From the NCBI GenBank assembly GCA_963839345.1, contig CAWIUP010000003.1, positions 448-64,447 of the forward strand: a DNA stretch of 64,000 bases, written 5' to 3'. Position 1 is the first letter of the stretch, and each line of letters begins with the position of its first letter. The stretch is from an uncultured Actinomycetota bacterium. Lineage in GTDB: Bacteria > Actinomycetota > Actinomycetes > Mycobacteriales > Mycobacteriaceae. This document shows positions 28,137 through 39,332 of the stretch, one piece after another. The position numbers and the translations under genes were made by a program. The notes beneath the pieces are model-generated. The model searched no databases, was not told the origin of the DNA, and was given only the letters and a program-made list of their open reading frames with translations.

Positions 28137-31068
28137 CGCCTCCCTAACGCGTGCGAATCTGTCAGGTACTCACCGGAGAGCGGGTCCAGGTTGTAGACCC
28201 CTGGGCCGGGCGCCGGTCGGCCGCCTACGACGAACGCGCTCGGCAGCGGTCGATGCGAGGTGCTGGTCGGGATGCGCTCGACAATTCGCACGACATGCGG
28301 TCGACGATCCGGCGGCAGCTGTTCCAGTGCCGCGGAAAGGTCCTGGGCGTCCAGTGATCGCTCGGACCGCAGCGTGACCGCGGTGACCGCTAGGTCGTCG
28401 CCGTCGGCTCCGGGGACGGCGTAGGTGACGCTCATGTCGATCGCGTCGAGAATGCCGAGCGCGTCTTCGACCGCGGACCCGCCGACCACGCCGTGGGCCG
28501 TCGTGACGAGCGAGTCGGCACTGCCTGCAAGCCAGAAGTCGCCGTCCTCATCGCGGTAGAACAGGTCTCCGGTCAGCAGCCACGCGTCTCCCGGAGCGAA
28601 CAGTCCGCGCTGTGGACGTGCCGCCGTCGACATTCCCGGCTCGACCCGGGAGAGCAACATCCCGATTTCCCTGGGCCGGCACTGCTCGGCGGAGCCGTCG
28701 GCGCGAAGAGCCAGCTGTCGGGTCTTTTCGTCAATGCGGGCGATGCGCAGCTCCGGACTGCCCGGAAGCGGGGTGCCCATGCAGCCGACCTTTGCGCCGG
28801 GCATGTTGACCAGGATCGCGTCGGTCTGCGCGGACGCGTAGTACTCCACCACTCGGGCCGGGGCGAAGCGCTCAATCACCCTGTGCCACAGTCCTACCGG
28901 CATGCCCGAGCCGATGAATGTGCGGATCGTGTGGTGGAGCTCACCGGGATGCGGTGGCGCCTCGACGAGGTCGCGGAGCTGCGTCCAGGTATACGAGACC
29001 ACGGTCACCCCGTAGCGGCGCGCTTCATTCCAGAACGTGTCGGGGTCCAGCCGGCTCGCCATCGAAAAGCGGGCGCCGCTGGCGACCGCGCCCCCAGCGA
29101 CATCAGCAGGCCGGACGGATGGTGGATCGGGTTGATACTGAAGACCGTGTCGCGCGGTCCGAGTTCAGCCGAGGCCGCGGTTCCGAACGCCGCCCGCGCC
29201 CAGCGGGCATTGGTGATGTTTCGCGCCCGTGTCGACGGCCCGTCCCCGGTGAACAAGACAAAAGCGGTTTCCCGCGCCAGGCCGGGATTCGGTCGATACC
29301 AGATCGGGAGGCTGACTGCAGCTGGATCGACGCGCTCCAGGTCGATCACCCCGTCGACGCCGAGGTCCCGTTGCCCTCCCCCACCGCCGAGCACGAACAC
29401 CTCGGCGTGAGTCTGCGCGCGGACGGAGTCGACGTGTTCCGGGTCGGTCACGATGCGTCCGGCGCCACCAAGTTTGATCTCCTCGGTGAGCGACCCGTCG
29501 GGCCGCAACAGCACGACCACCGCTCCGATCCGGTTGAGCGCGGCAACGGCGATGAGCATGCTGGGTCGGGTATCCATCAGCACGCCGACGGATTCACCCT
29601 GGCGCACGCCGACCGACAGCAGTCCCGCGACCACGGCGTCAATTCGCGCCTTCAGAGCTGCGTGAGTGTAGGCGCGATCCTCCCACAGGAACCCGACTGC
29701 GGCGGGGTGTCCTTCGGCGCGTTCGTCGAGGAGGCGGCCGAGCGACACCCGCGTCTGCGGGCGCACCAATTCCAGGCGCAGCAGCCGCGGCAGTGTAGTG
29801 GCGGCGCCAGCCGTGAGGGCCCGCGTCGCGTCGAGCGTCGACGTGCCCAGGCGCAGGCCGGCCTGCAACCCCTGGCCTACCGCTGCGATGAGCGGATTGC
29901 GCCGTTCGCTGCGGTCGGCGGCGACCTTCGCCGTACCCATCGGCTCGATGATCTCCGGCATGTCAGTGCCCTTGTCGAGATGCGATGCCCAGGCGGCCAC
30001 CGCCGGCCAGGTCCTCGCCGTCGCCACTGAACCCACCACGATGCCGAGGTGTCCGACCGGCAGCGAGACCTCGTGGATGTCGGCACGAGGAGCCGCGCGG
30101 CGGATCGCCCGAACCGCCTCGGGCTGCCCGATCTGGTCGTTCTCGCCGACAAAGCACAGGACGGGCCGGTCGATGTCGGCGAGGGCCAAGGGTCGCCCGT
30201 CGATGACCATGCCGCCAGCCAGCATCCGGTTCTGTGCGATGAACTGCCGCAGTGCGTCGGCGAGTGCGGGAGCCGGCCATGCGATCCAGCCTTCGGATTC
30301 GATAAAGCGCCGCTGGCGCTCGTGGGGCAGCAACGCTTCCCGATCGTGCAGTTGCCGCAGGAACTGCACTCGTGATCGCACATTCTTTACCGGATCGAGC
30401 AGCCGAAAGCCTTCGCGGGTTGCCCATCCGGGCAGGCCCGTGCGGTCCAGTAACGCGGCGACCGTGTCTGCGGCGAATTCCATCACCGGTTCGGGCAACG
30501 AGAAGATGCCCACCGACTTGGTGTCGACGGGGCTACCGAAGGAGATGACGCTCGCCAGTCCCGCACCGCGGCGGTAGGCGGCGACGGAGTAGGAGAACAC
30601 GCCTCCCTGGCTGTATCCGCCCAGGTGAACGTCTCTGCCGGTCAGGCCCCGGACCCGGTCGACGATCTCGCTGGTCGCGACGATGTGATCAGCGAGGGTC
30701 CGCTGCAGCCCACCTTCCTCATGTTCGGGTGCACCGAAGTCGACCACCCACGGGTCGACGCCGTGCTCATGCAGCACGCTCACCGCCGAAGAAGTAGAGG
30801 AGACGTCGTAGACGTCGGCGACGAACATCATCGGCGGGACGAGAACCACCGCCGGCCGCCCGGCGCTGTCGCTATCCGGGAAATACCGGCGCAGCCGGTA
30901 CATGGGCTCCTTGGCAATCACCTCGAACGGCGAGCCGGTCTCGCCCGTCTCGAACCCACCGTGCATGAGCAGCTGCGCCGCGTTCATTGCCACCGCACCG
31001 AGTTGATCGGTCCGTTTAGCCAATCCCATCCGTTCCATGAGTGCTGTTGCTCGATCCGAGATGTCCAC
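28133..31068 (-). pseudogene. Rv1683-like alpha/beta-hydrolase/AMP-binding fusion (copy 1), frameshifted in a G5 run at 29091-29095
   Basis: GYSQGG, LRQLHDREALLP and GHLGIVVG, followed by an AMP-binding domain. Adding one G restores SLGGAVASGARFSMASRL and joins ORFs 29005-31068 and 28133-29062. Confidence 0.85.
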
Positions 31069-31090
31069 GTCGATCCGATCCTTTCAAAAC

Positions 31091-31106
31091 CAGTCAGATC
31101 TGACTA
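31091..31106. promoter_or_regulatory. Operator palindrome CAGTCA-GATC-TGACTA (site 1 of 5)
   Basis: About 25 bp upstream of the 31068 start, with a TTGACC on the minus strand at 31138-31143. Confidence 0.75.
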
Positions 31107-31270
31107 GATTGCTCTAGTAAAGCAGGGATCACAGGGGCGGTCAATACCTCCGCGGCGGGGTAGGCGCTCGGATGCCGCGGCTTCTTCGGACGTTCGCGCA
31201 CCGCCCGTTGCCGGCACATCCGCACTCGGAGCCGGGCGTATCTGCACTGACAAAAGGGGCGATCCGATCG

Positions 31271-31320
31271 TTGACCCGGAGAGGTTCTGCCGCTACTTTA
31301 AAATCAGTCATTATTGACTA
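31271..31320 (+). promoter_or_regulatory. SigA-like promoter (TTGACC-N17-TACTTT) plus operator CAGTCA-TTAT-TGACTA (site 2)
   Basis: -35 at 31271-31276, -10 at 31294-31299, operator at 31305-31320. Confidence 0.75.
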
Positions 31321-31446
31321 GTTTATCTATATCGGCAACGCTGCAGTCTTGAAGGACGCGGCCGTCCGTGGACATCGTTGATCGAGTTGGCCTGGTGACT
31401 GGCGCCGGGTCGGGTAGTGCACGCGAATGAATGTTAGGAACGATGC

Positions 31447-32502
31447 GTGTTAGTGGATGGGACTGTCGGGGGGACGACGGAGGGTGGCGATATCGGAGCC
31501 ATCGTCAAGCAGCTGGCCAACGCTGACCGGATGGGATATGCCGGCGTCTGGTCCACCGAGGTGGCACGGGATCCGTTCCTGCCGGCGTTGTTGGCGGCGG
31601 AGCACACACCGCGCCTGACTGTCGGAACGGCCATCGCGGTAGCGTTCGCACGCAACCCGATGAGCATGGCGACGGTCGCCAACGACTTGCAGTCGCTCAG
31701 TTCGGGCAAATTCATGCTCGGGCTGGGTTCCCAGATCAAGGCGCACATCGAACGCCGGTTCAGCATGCCGTGGAGCCGACCCGCGGATCGAATGCGTGAG
31801 TTCGTCGCCGCGATGCACGCGATCTGGGACAGCTGGCACAATGACCAGCCGCTGGACTTTCGCGGCGACTTCTATCAGCACACGCTCATGCCGCCCGCCT
31901 TCCGCCCGAGCCCCAACGTTTTCGGAGCCCCACCGGTACTCATCGCTGCGGTCGGGCCACAGATGACTACGGTTGCTGCCGAAGTAGCAGACGGGCTGCT
32001 CGTCCATGGCTTCACGACTGAACGGTATTTGCGGGAAGTGACTGTTCCGCTGGTTAATGCAGTGTTGGAGCGGAAGCCAAATCCTTCTTGCGACTTTGTG
32101 CTGTCCTATCCCGGGTTTGTGGTGACGGGGTTGGACGAACGCTCGATGATGGCGGCCGCGGCTGCCGTACGCAATCAGATTGCGTTTTATGGCTCAACTC
32201 CGGCCTACTCCAGCGTGCTCGAACTGCACGGATGGGGCGATCTGCACACGGAACTGCACCGGCTGTCCAAAATCAATGCCTGGGACACGATGACCGGACT
32301 CATCGACGACACCATGCTGAACACTTTCGCCGTTGTCGGCGAGCCCGAGGACGTGGGCGCAGAGATTCGCCGGCGCTTCGGTGACATCATCGACCGCTTT
32401 TCCTTCTACGCGCCGTACCGACTCCACCCGCAGGCATGCGAGACGATGATCTCCGCGATCCGCGCCGGCCGGATCGGAACCGTTTGGCCGTCGGGACATT
32501 GA
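31447..32502 (+). CDS. F420-dependent LLM-class oxidoreductase (TIGR03617-like)
   Basis: EVARDPF, GTAIAVAFARNP, LGLGSQIKAHIERRFSM, ADGLLVHGF and IAFYGSTPAY. Confidence 0.92.
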   Translation: MLVDGTVGGTTEGGDIGAIVKQLANADRMGYAGVWSTEVARDPFLPALLAAEHTPRLTVGTAIAVAFARNPMSMATVANDLQSLSSGKFMLGLGSQIKAHIERRFSMPWSRPADRMREFVAAMHAIWDSWHNDQPLDFRGDFYQHTLMPPAFRPSPNVFGAPPVLIAAVGPQMTTVAAEVADGLLVHGFTTERYLREVTVPLVNAVLERKPNPSCDFVLSYPGFVVTGLDERSMMAAAAAVRNQIAFYGSTPAYSSVLELHGWGDLHTELHRLSKINAWDTMTGLIDDTMLNTFAVVGEPEDVGAEIRRRFGDIIDRFSFYAPYRLHPQACETMISAIRAGRIGTVWPSGH

Positions 32503-32739
32503 CCTGCGCGGCTGCCGGTCGAGGCCCGATGGCGCCAAGATCGACACGCAGAAATAGAGCCCAGCTGCAAAGTAGTCGTGGCTGACGGTTTCAGAAAGTA
32601 CGCTTCGGCGCCAGCCCTCGACGAGTACATCACTCCGGCCTGCGGATGCCGTGGCTTCTTGGGGCGTCCGCGTTGCAACGTTGCCGGCGAGTCCATTCGA
32701 AGCCGGGCGTATCCGCGCTGAACGAAGGTGATCCGATCG

Positions 32740-32789
32740 TTGACCTGGGGCAGTTTTGATGTTACCTTAAAACCAGTCACTCCTGACTA
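32740..32789 (+). promoter_or_regulatory. SigA-like promoter (TTGACC-N17-TACCTT) plus operator CAGTCA-CTCC-TGACTA (site 3)
   Basis: -35 at 32740-32745, -10 at 32763-32768, operator at 32774-32789. Flanks GATCCGATCGTTGACC and TTTATCTA are shared with site 2. Confidence 0.78.
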
Positions 32790-32835
32790 TTTTATCTAAA
32801 GCGACGTATCGTCGCGACGAAAGGATCGGCAAGCA

Positions 32836-33606
32836 GTGGACATCGTTGATCGAGTTGCAGTCGTGACCGGCGCCGGGTCAGGTTTGGGCCGGGCCACTGC
32901 CCTGGCCCTGGTGAAGGCCGGAGCCCGAGTGGCGGTCCTGGACCGCAATACCGAGGCGGCGCGATCGGTGGCCGAAGAGGCTGGCGCAACAGCTCTCCCG
33001 GTGACGGTGGATGTGGCCGATCGCGCCTCGGTCACCGCGGCGATCGCCGAAGTTTCCGATGTGTTTGGCCGGGTCGATATTTGCCTCAACGCCGCCGGAA
33101 TTCCCAACCCCGGCAAGGTGTTTGGTAAGAGCGGGCCGCTCGATATCGAGCAGTTTCAGCGCGTCATCGATGTGAATCTGGTGGGTGCCTTCGACGTCAT
33201 GCGGCAGTGCGCCGAGCTGATGACCCGAAACATGAACCCGGGCCTTGATGGTGAACGGGGGGTCATCATCAACGTCTCATCCGGCGCCGCGTTCGAGGGT
33301 CAGAAGGGCCAGGCGGCCTACAGCGCGAGCAAAGCTGGCCTGATCGGCTTGATGCTTCCTGCAGCTCGCGACTTGGCTCACTACGGCATTCGCGTGGTGA
33401 CTATCGCGCCCGGTCTGTTCGATACCGGCATCTTCGCCGAAGTTGATCCCAAGGTGGTTCAAGCCCTCGGCTCAGCCGCGCTCAACCCGTCGCGACTGGG
33501 TGAACCCAGTGAGTTCGCGTCACTCGTCATGCACATCATCGAGAACAGATACATCAACGCGACGACACTGTCGATCGACGCCGGTGCCCGGCTACCCAAT
33601 GTCTAG
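32836..33606 (+). CDS. SDR, type II 3-hydroxyacyl-CoA dehydrogenase (HSD10-like)
   Basis: TGAGSGLG, NAAGI, YSASK, VVTIAPGLFDT and RLGEPSEFA. Confidence 0.92.
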   Translation: MDIVDRVAVVTGAGSGLGRATALALVKAGARVAVLDRNTEAARSVAEEAGATALPVTVDVADRASVTAAIAEVSDVFGRVDICLNAAGIPNPGKVFGKSGPLDIEQFQRVIDVNLVGAFDVMRQCAELMTRNMNPGLDGERGVIINVSSGAAFEGQKGQAAYSASKAGLIGLMLPAARDLAHYGIRVVTIAPGLFDTGIFAEVDPKVVQALGSAALNPSRLGEPSEFASLVMHIIENRYINATTLSIDAGARLPNV

Positions 33607-33634
33607 CCGCGACCTCCACATTGAAGAGGAAATC

Positions 33635-35200
33635 ATGACCGAGCCACACAGCGGAATCTCCTACTCCGCGTTGATCGTTGAAGCACTGACCCGGCACCGC
33701 GATCGCACGGCGTTCATCCACGGCGATTCCCGGGTGTCCTACGCCGAAGCGGCCGATACGACGAGTCGAATCCGCAGGGTGCTGGAAGGCCTGCTGGAAT
33801 ATAAAGGCAGCACGAAGGGCAGCTGCGTCGGTGCGCTCAGCGTCAACTCCCCCGATGTCTGGATGGCCCAGGCCGCGATCGGCCTGACCGGAGCGATGTA
33901 CACCGGGCTGCACCCACTGGGATCCGTCGACGACCATGTGCAGCTGTGCGAGGACGCCGAGGTCGACATTCTCATTGTCCATCCCAAGTTCGCGGAAGTC
34001 GGCGCCCAGATCGTCGCCCGCGCCACCAACGTCAAGCATCTGCTCACGCTGGGGCCCGCCGACGTCGGCGAGGACCTGCTGGCGTTGTGCGCCCAGGTCG
34101 CACCGGAACCACTCACCCGCGGTGATGCCGACGAAGAGGACATCGCGTGGCTGCAGTACACCGGGGGCACCACGGGGCGCCCCAAGGCCGCCATGATCTC
34201 CCATCGCGCGATGGTTCAGCAGGTGTTTTCGCTGACCGCCTCCTGGCGACTGCCGCTTGACCCGCGGACGCTCATCGCGACTCCAATCACCCACGCCGGT
34301 GTGCTGCCGATCCTGCCCACGCTGCTGCGGGGCGGCACCGTCGTTCTGCAGGCGGGCTTCGACACCGACCAGTGGCTTGCAGCGGTGGAAGCCCATCGGA
34401 TCAACTATGTGTTCACCATCCCCACCGTGCTGTACGCGTTGCTGGATCACGGTGGTCTCGAGCGGTTCGACTTGAGCTCGTTGGAGACGGTCGTCTACGG
34501 TGCGTCGCCGATGTCGCCGTCGCGCATCGACGAGGCACAACAGGCGTTCGGCCCGACCCTGTTGCAGGGGTACGGCCAGACGGAGTGCGTCGGCATGGCC
34601 ACCAGTTTGTTGCCCTCCGAACATGATCCGGCGAACTGGACATCCTGCGGTCGCGCGGTCGCCGGCGCGCTCGTCGAGGTCCTCGACGAGGACGGGCAAC
34701 CAGTGCCTAACGGAACGGTCGGCGAACTCTGCGTGCGGTCACGTGGGGTGATGTCCGGGTACTGGAAGCGGCCGGCGGAGACCGCCGAGGTCCTGCGCAA
34801 CGGCTGGCTTCGAACCGGGGACATGGCCTTCCGCAGCGATGCTGGCTTCTTCCACATCGTGGACCGCAAGAAGGACATGGTGATCTCCGGCGGCTTCAAC
34901 GTCTATCCCCGCGAGATCGAAGACGTTCTCGCCGACGATCCATCGGTGTCGATGGTCGCGGTGATCGGCGTACCCGATCCGAAGTGGGGTGAGGCGGTCA
35001 AGGCCTTTGTCGTGCCCCGGCCCGGCGCCACACCGGACATCGCAGCTTTGATCGCGAGCGTCAAACAGCGAAAAGGTCCGCACTATGCCCCGAAGTCCAT
35101 CGAGGTGGTCGACCAATTACCCCTCACAAAGGTCGGAAAGATCGACAAGAAGGTCCTTCGCGCCACTTATTGGGCGGGACTCGACAGGGCGGTCAACTGA
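33635..35200 (+). CDS. Acyl-CoA synthetase (AMP-binding)
   Basis: YTGGTTGRPK, QGYGQTE, GWLRTGD, DRKKDMVISGGFNVYPREIE and GKIDKK. Start ATG 33635 with a GAGG RBS. Confidence 0.94.
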   Translation: MTEPHSGISYSALIVEALTRHRDRTAFIHGDSRVSYAEAADTTSRIRRVLEGLLEYKGSTKGSCVGALSVNSPDVWMAQAAIGLTGAMYTGLHPLGSVDDHVQLCEDAEVDILIVHPKFAEVGAQIVARATNVKHLLTLGPADVGEDLLALCAQVAPEPLTRGDADEEDIAWLQYTGGTTGRPKAAMISHRAMVQQVFSLTASWRLPLDPRTLIATPITHAGVLPILPTLLRGGTVVLQAGFDTDQWLAAVEAHRINYVFTIPTVLYALLDHGGLERFDLSSLETVVYGASPMSPSRIDEAQQAFGPTLLQGYGQTECVGMATSLLPSEHDPANWTSCGRAVAGALVEVLDEDGQPVPNGTVGELCVRSRGVMSGYWKRPAETAEVLRNGWLRTGDMAFRSDAGFFHIVDRKKDMVISGGFNVYPREIEDVLADDPSVSMVAVIGVPDPKWGEAVKAFVVPRPGATPDIAALIASVKQRKGPHYAPKSIEVVDQLPLTKVGKIDKKVLRATYWAGLDRAVN

Positions 35201-35201
35201 C

Positions 35202-36005
35202 ATGACCAACACTGCCCTATCCCCCACCCTCGCGAAACACCTTGACGGAGCCGCCGTTTGGCTACGGCTGCAACGTCCGGCGGCGATGAACGCCATCAGC
35301 ACCGACCTGCTGGACGAACTCAACGTCGCGCTGGACGAGATCGAATCTGACGAATCCGTCCGGGTGGTCGTGTTGACCGGTACCGGCCGCGCATTTTGCG
35401 CGGGCGCCGACCTGAAGGCGCTGGGCAATGCGGCCGGCGAGGTCGATCCGGGCAAGGTCGTGCAATTCGTCGCCTACGCCGGTCGGACGATCGAACGCCT
35501 TGCCGCACTTGCACAACCGGTGATCGCGGGAGTCAACGGATTGGCCCTGGCCGGCGGGCTTGAATTGCTGCTTGCGAGCGACATCGTGGTGGCTTCCAGC
35601 GCAGCGCGCATCGGTGACGCGCACGCGAACTACGGACTGATTCCCGGCGCCGGCGGCTCGGCTCGGCTGGCGCGGGCGGTGGGCACGCAGATGGCGAAAT
35701 ACCTGGCCTTCACCGGCGCTCACTTTCCGCCGTCGTCGCCGGTGCTCGCGGGACTGGTCAGCGAGATCGTCGACCCCGAAGATCTCGACACCCGACTGGC
35801 CGAACTCGCCACCACCCTGGCCGAAAAGAGCCCGCTGGGGCTGCGTCGAATGAAGCGCCTGATCAACGACGCACCCGATCAGCCTCTTCCAGACGCACTC
35901 GCCGCCGAGCAGCACGCCCTTGCCGAGCAGTGCCGCTCAGAAGACTTCGCTGAGGGAATCGCGGCGTTCGCCGCCCGGCGCACGCCCACTTACCAAGGCC
36001 GATAG
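35202..36005 (+). CDS. Enoyl-CoA hydratase/isomerase family protein
   Basis: FCAGADLK, GLALAGGLEL, GLIPGAGGS and DFAEGIAAF. Confidence 0.93.
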   Translation: MTNTALSPTLAKHLDGAAVWLRLQRPAAMNAISTDLLDELNVALDEIESDESVRVVVLTGTGRAFCAGADLKALGNAAGEVDPGKVVQFVAYAGRTIERLAALAQPVIAGVNGLALAGGLELLLASDIVVASSAARIGDAHANYGLIPGAGGSARLARAVGTQMAKYLAFTGAHFPPSSPVLAGLVSEIVDPEDLDTRLAELATTLAEKSPLGLRRMKRLINDAPDQPLPDALAAEQHALAEQCRSEDFAEGIAAFAARRTPTYQGR

Positions 36006-36016
36006 GAGAACCAACC

Positions 36017-37180
36017 GTGGACACCGCTGTGCCCTTCACCCTCAGCCCAGATCACCTCGCCTTCCGGCAATCGGTTCGCACGCTGGCGCGATCGCGCTAC
36101 GCCGATTCGATGCTTGCCCGGTCGCAGAGCGACAAGTTCCCGACCGCCGAATTCGGTGAACTGGGCTCCGCGGGGCTGCTCGGACTGCTGATCAGCGAAT
36201 CGGCGGGCGGCCAGGGCGGCGACGTGCTGGCCGTCGGCATCGCTGTCGAGGAACTTGCCTACGCCGACCCCGCGATCGCCTACCTGTCGTTCGCGGCGAA
36301 TGTCAGCAATGCGCTACTCGCCACACACGGCAGCGACGAAGTTCGCGCGCGATGGGTCACCCGCGGCATCGCCGGCGAAGCCGTCATCTGCCTCGCGCTG
36401 ACCGAACCGGGGGCCGGGTCCGACGCGTCGAATCTCTCCACCAGGGCCACCCGTGTCGACGGCGGCTGGCGAATCTACGGTGAGAAGACCTCGATCACCC
36501 AGGCGGTGCATGCCGATGTCGCGATCGTCATCGCACAGACCAAACCGGGGTCGGGCGGCAAGGGCATCGGAATGTTCCTCGTCGACATGGACAACGATGC
36601 GGTGACGACCCAGGCCATTCGTGATCCCGGCTTCAAACCACTGGGGCGTGGCTCCATCTTTCTCGACGGTGTTTTCGTGCCGGACAGCCACGTACTCGGT
36701 GAGATCGGACGCGGATTCTCGATGGTGATGCATGAATTCGATTTGAGCCGAACACTGATCGCGCTGATGAACATCGGCACGGCGCAACGCGCGCTCGACA
36801 TGTCGATCGAATACTCCAAACAGCGTCAGACATTCGGGCGCCCGCTGGCAGCCAACCAGGGCGTGTCTTTTGTGATCGCCGAACACAGCACCTACGTTTC
36901 GGCGGTACGGGCGCTGGGCTATCACGCGTTGGGCCTTCGGATGGCAGGGCAGCCGCACACGGCTGAAGCCGCGATGCTCAAGTGGTGGGGACCGCTGGTC
37001 GCGCACAACGCGATCCGCGACTGCATCGTGTTGCACGGCCAGGTCGGCTGGTCCGATGAGATGCCGCTGCAGGCAATGCTGCGAGACGTCTCGGGGTGCA
37101 TGATCGGCGACGGCACACCACAAATTCAGAAACTCGTGATAGCGCGCGAGCTCATCGGCAAGGAAGTGCTGGCAGGATGA
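36017..37180 (+). CDS. Acyl-CoA dehydrogenase resembling cyclohexanecarboxyl-CoA dehydrogenase (AliB/BadJ type)
   Basis: LTEPGAGSDA, GEKTSI, GRGSIF, FDLSRTLIAL, AAMLKWWGP and LRDVSGCMIGDGTPQIQK. Confidence 0.9.
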   Translation: MDTAVPFTLSPDHLAFRQSVRTLARSRYADSMLARSQSDKFPTAEFGELGSAGLLGLLISESAGGQGGDVLAVGIAVEELAYADPAIAYLSFAANVSNALLATHGSDEVRARWVTRGIAGEAVICLALTEPGAGSDASNLSTRATRVDGGWRIYGEKTSITQAVHADVAIVIAQTKPGSGGKGIGMFLVDMDNDAVTTQAIRDPGFKPLGRGSIFLDGVFVPDSHVLGEIGRGFSMVMHEFDLSRTLIALMNIGTAQRALDMSIEYSKQRQTFGRPLAANQGVSFVIAEHSTYVSAVRALGYHALGLRMAGQPHTAEAAMLKWWGPLVAHNAIRDCIVLHGQVGWSDEMPLQAMLRDVSGCMIGDGTPQIQKLVIARELIGKEVLAG

Positions 37181-38394
37181 CCAATGACGAAGCAACGCTC
37201 CGCACCGTCGTGGTGGCCGGGGTCGGAATGACCGCGTTCGGCAAATTCCTCGACCGCAGCATTAAATCGCTTGTCGCCGAATCGGTTCAGGCCGCCATCA
37301 AGGATTCGGGAATGGGCGAATCGGACAAGGGCATCGAAACGATCTACTACGCGAACACGGCGTCCGGGATTCTGCAGGGCCAGCACTCGGTGCGCGGACA
37401 GCACGCCATGCGTGAGGCGGGACTGAACGGCATTCCGCTGATCAACATCGAAAACGCCTGCGCCTCAGGATCGACGGCACTCAATCAGGCGTGGCTCGCG
37501 GTCGCGTCGGGCTATGTCGATGTTGCGCTGGCGGTGGGCGCCGAGAAGCTCTACCACCCCGACAAGCAGCTGACCTTCGCCGCCATGGGCAGCGCGCTGG
37601 ACCAGGATCGGCTCGCAGAGATCTTCGCCGAAATCGGAGCCACCGGTGGCGATCAATCGGTCTTCATGGATGTCTACGCGAAAGCGGCCACCGACTACAT
37701 GGACCGCACCGGAGCCACCCAGGAAGACTTCGCTCGCGTCGCGGTCAAGAACCACGACCACGGTGCGCTGAATCCCAAGGCGCAGTACCGGACCCGCTTC
37801 ACCCTCGAACAGGTGCTGGCGGCGCGCAAGATCTCCGGCCCACTGACCCTGCCGATGTGTTCGCCCATCGGCGACGGCTCTGCTGCGGTGATCTTGACAA
37901 CGCCGGACATCGCGGCGCATTGGGGCGCTGAGCCGATCACGGTGCTCGCCACCATGACCGGCGCGTCGAAACCCGGCGTCGGCGGGGAGCTTGTCCCAGG
38001 TGTGGCGAAGCGTGCGTTCGACTGGGCCGGCGTCAACCCGGCCGACGTGGACGTGCTGGAATGCCACGACGCCACGTCGCCGGCCGAGTTGATCGTGCTC
38101 GAAGAACTCGGGCTGGCCAAACCTGGCGGAGCCGTGGACATGATTCGCAAGGGCGACACCAGCATTGGGGGCAGTCTGCCGGTCAACACCAGCGGTGGCT
38201 TGGAAAGCAAAGGACACCCGATCGGAGCCAGCGGTCTCGCGCAGATCGTCGAGCTCACCGAGCAACTCCGCGGCCGTTGCGGCGAGCGCCAGGTCGGCGG
38301 CGCACGGATCGCCGTAGCGGAAAACGCAGGCGGCTACATGGGACCCGATGCGGCAGTGGCCGCGGTAACCATCCTCGGCGCAACGTCCAGATGA
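37177..38394 (+). CDS. SCP-x/lipid-transfer-type thiolase
   Basis: GVGMTAFGK, ENACASG, CSPIGDGSAA, ECHDAT and GHPIGASG. Confidence 0.92.
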   Translation: MTNDEATLRTVVVAGVGMTAFGKFLDRSIKSLVAESVQAAIKDSGMGESDKGIETIYYANTASGILQGQHSVRGQHAMREAGLNGIPLINIENACASGSTALNQAWLAVASGYVDVALAVGAEKLYHPDKQLTFAAMGSALDQDRLAEIFAEIGATGGDQSVFMDVYAKAATDYMDRTGATQEDFARVAVKNHDHGALNPKAQYRTRFTLEQVLAARKISGPLTLPMCSPIGDGSAAVILTTPDIAAHWGAEPITVLATMTGASKPGVGGELVPGVAKRAFDWAGVNPADVDVLECHDATSPAELIVLEELGLAKPGGAVDMIRKGDTSIGGSLPVNTSGGLESKGHPIGASGLAQIVELTEQLRGRCGERQVGGARIAVAENAGGYMGPDAAVAAVTILGATSR

Positions 38395-39332
38395 GCGGAC
38401 ACCAGGGAAGCGTCGCCCTGCGCCTCGTCAACCCGGTGGTCCGGGGGGTGTGCCAATCGGCGTTTCGTCTGTACCACGACGACCTCGACGGGATGCGGAC
38501 GTTCCTCGACCGTGCCGGTGTGGCATCAGACCTTCTCGCCCGGCCCGCACCGGGCTGCCGGATCGTCGACGGAGAATTGGGCGGCCTGACCACCCGCGAA
38601 TTCCACCCCGCTCGCGTACAGCACGGGCGCACCTTGCTCTACCTGCACGGTGGTGGATTCCTGATGTATGCGCGCAGCGCCTACACCGGATTCCTTTCGC
38701 GGCTGGCCAATGACCTGCAGACCCGTGTCGTGGTTCCCGCTTACCGGTTGGCTCCCGAGCACCCGTTTCCGGCGGCTATCGACGATTGTCTGCACGCCTA
38801 TGAGGCATTACTCGACGCTGGGCAGGACCCGGGTCAGTTGATGATCGCGGGCGAGTCGGCCGGCGCCAACGCTGCCCTGGTCACGTTGCAGCGGGCCCGC
38901 GACGCCAACCGCCCGATACCTGCGGGCGCGATCATGCTCAGCGGTGGCTTCGATTTCTCCTGGTCCAGCCCGTCGATCAGCATCAACGCCCGCCACGACA
39001 CCGCACTGGGCGCGCGTGGGCTGGCATTCCTACGGCGCTGGTACCGACCGGAGGTCGATGCGACAGACCCCCTGATTTCCCCGGTTTTCGGTGACTTCGC
39101 GGGCCTGCCACCGCTGCTGTTCCAGACCGGGCACACCGAGGTGTTACGTGACGATTCGGTGCGGGCGACCGAGCGTGCGCGCGCGGCCGGAGTACCGGTA
39201 TGGCTCGAGGTCTTCCCACATGTCCCGCACGCCTGGCATCAGCTCATGACATGGCTTCCCGAGACGCGCACCGCCCTGCGGCAAATCGGGCAGTTCGCCG
39301 ACGCCATCCACCAACCGAGGAGCATCTCGTGA
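38391..39332 (+). CDS. HSL-family esterase/lipase
   Basis: HGGGF, YRLAPEHPFPAA, GESAG, EVLRDD and HAW. Confidence 0.92.
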   Translation: MSGHQGSVALRLVNPVVRGVCQSAFRLYHDDLDGMRTFLDRAGVASDLLARPAPGCRIVDGELGGLTTREFHPARVQHGRTLLYLHGGGFLMYARSAYTGFLSRLANDLQTRVVVPAYRLAPEHPFPAAIDDCLHAYEALLDAGQDPGQLMIAGESAGANAALVTLQRARDANRPIPAGAIMLSGGFDFSWSSPSISINARHDTALGARGLAFLRRWYRPEVDATDPLISPVFGDFAGLPPLLFQTGHTEVLRDDSVRATERARAAGVPVWLEVFPHVPHAWHQLMTWLPETRTALRQIGQFADAIHQPRSIS

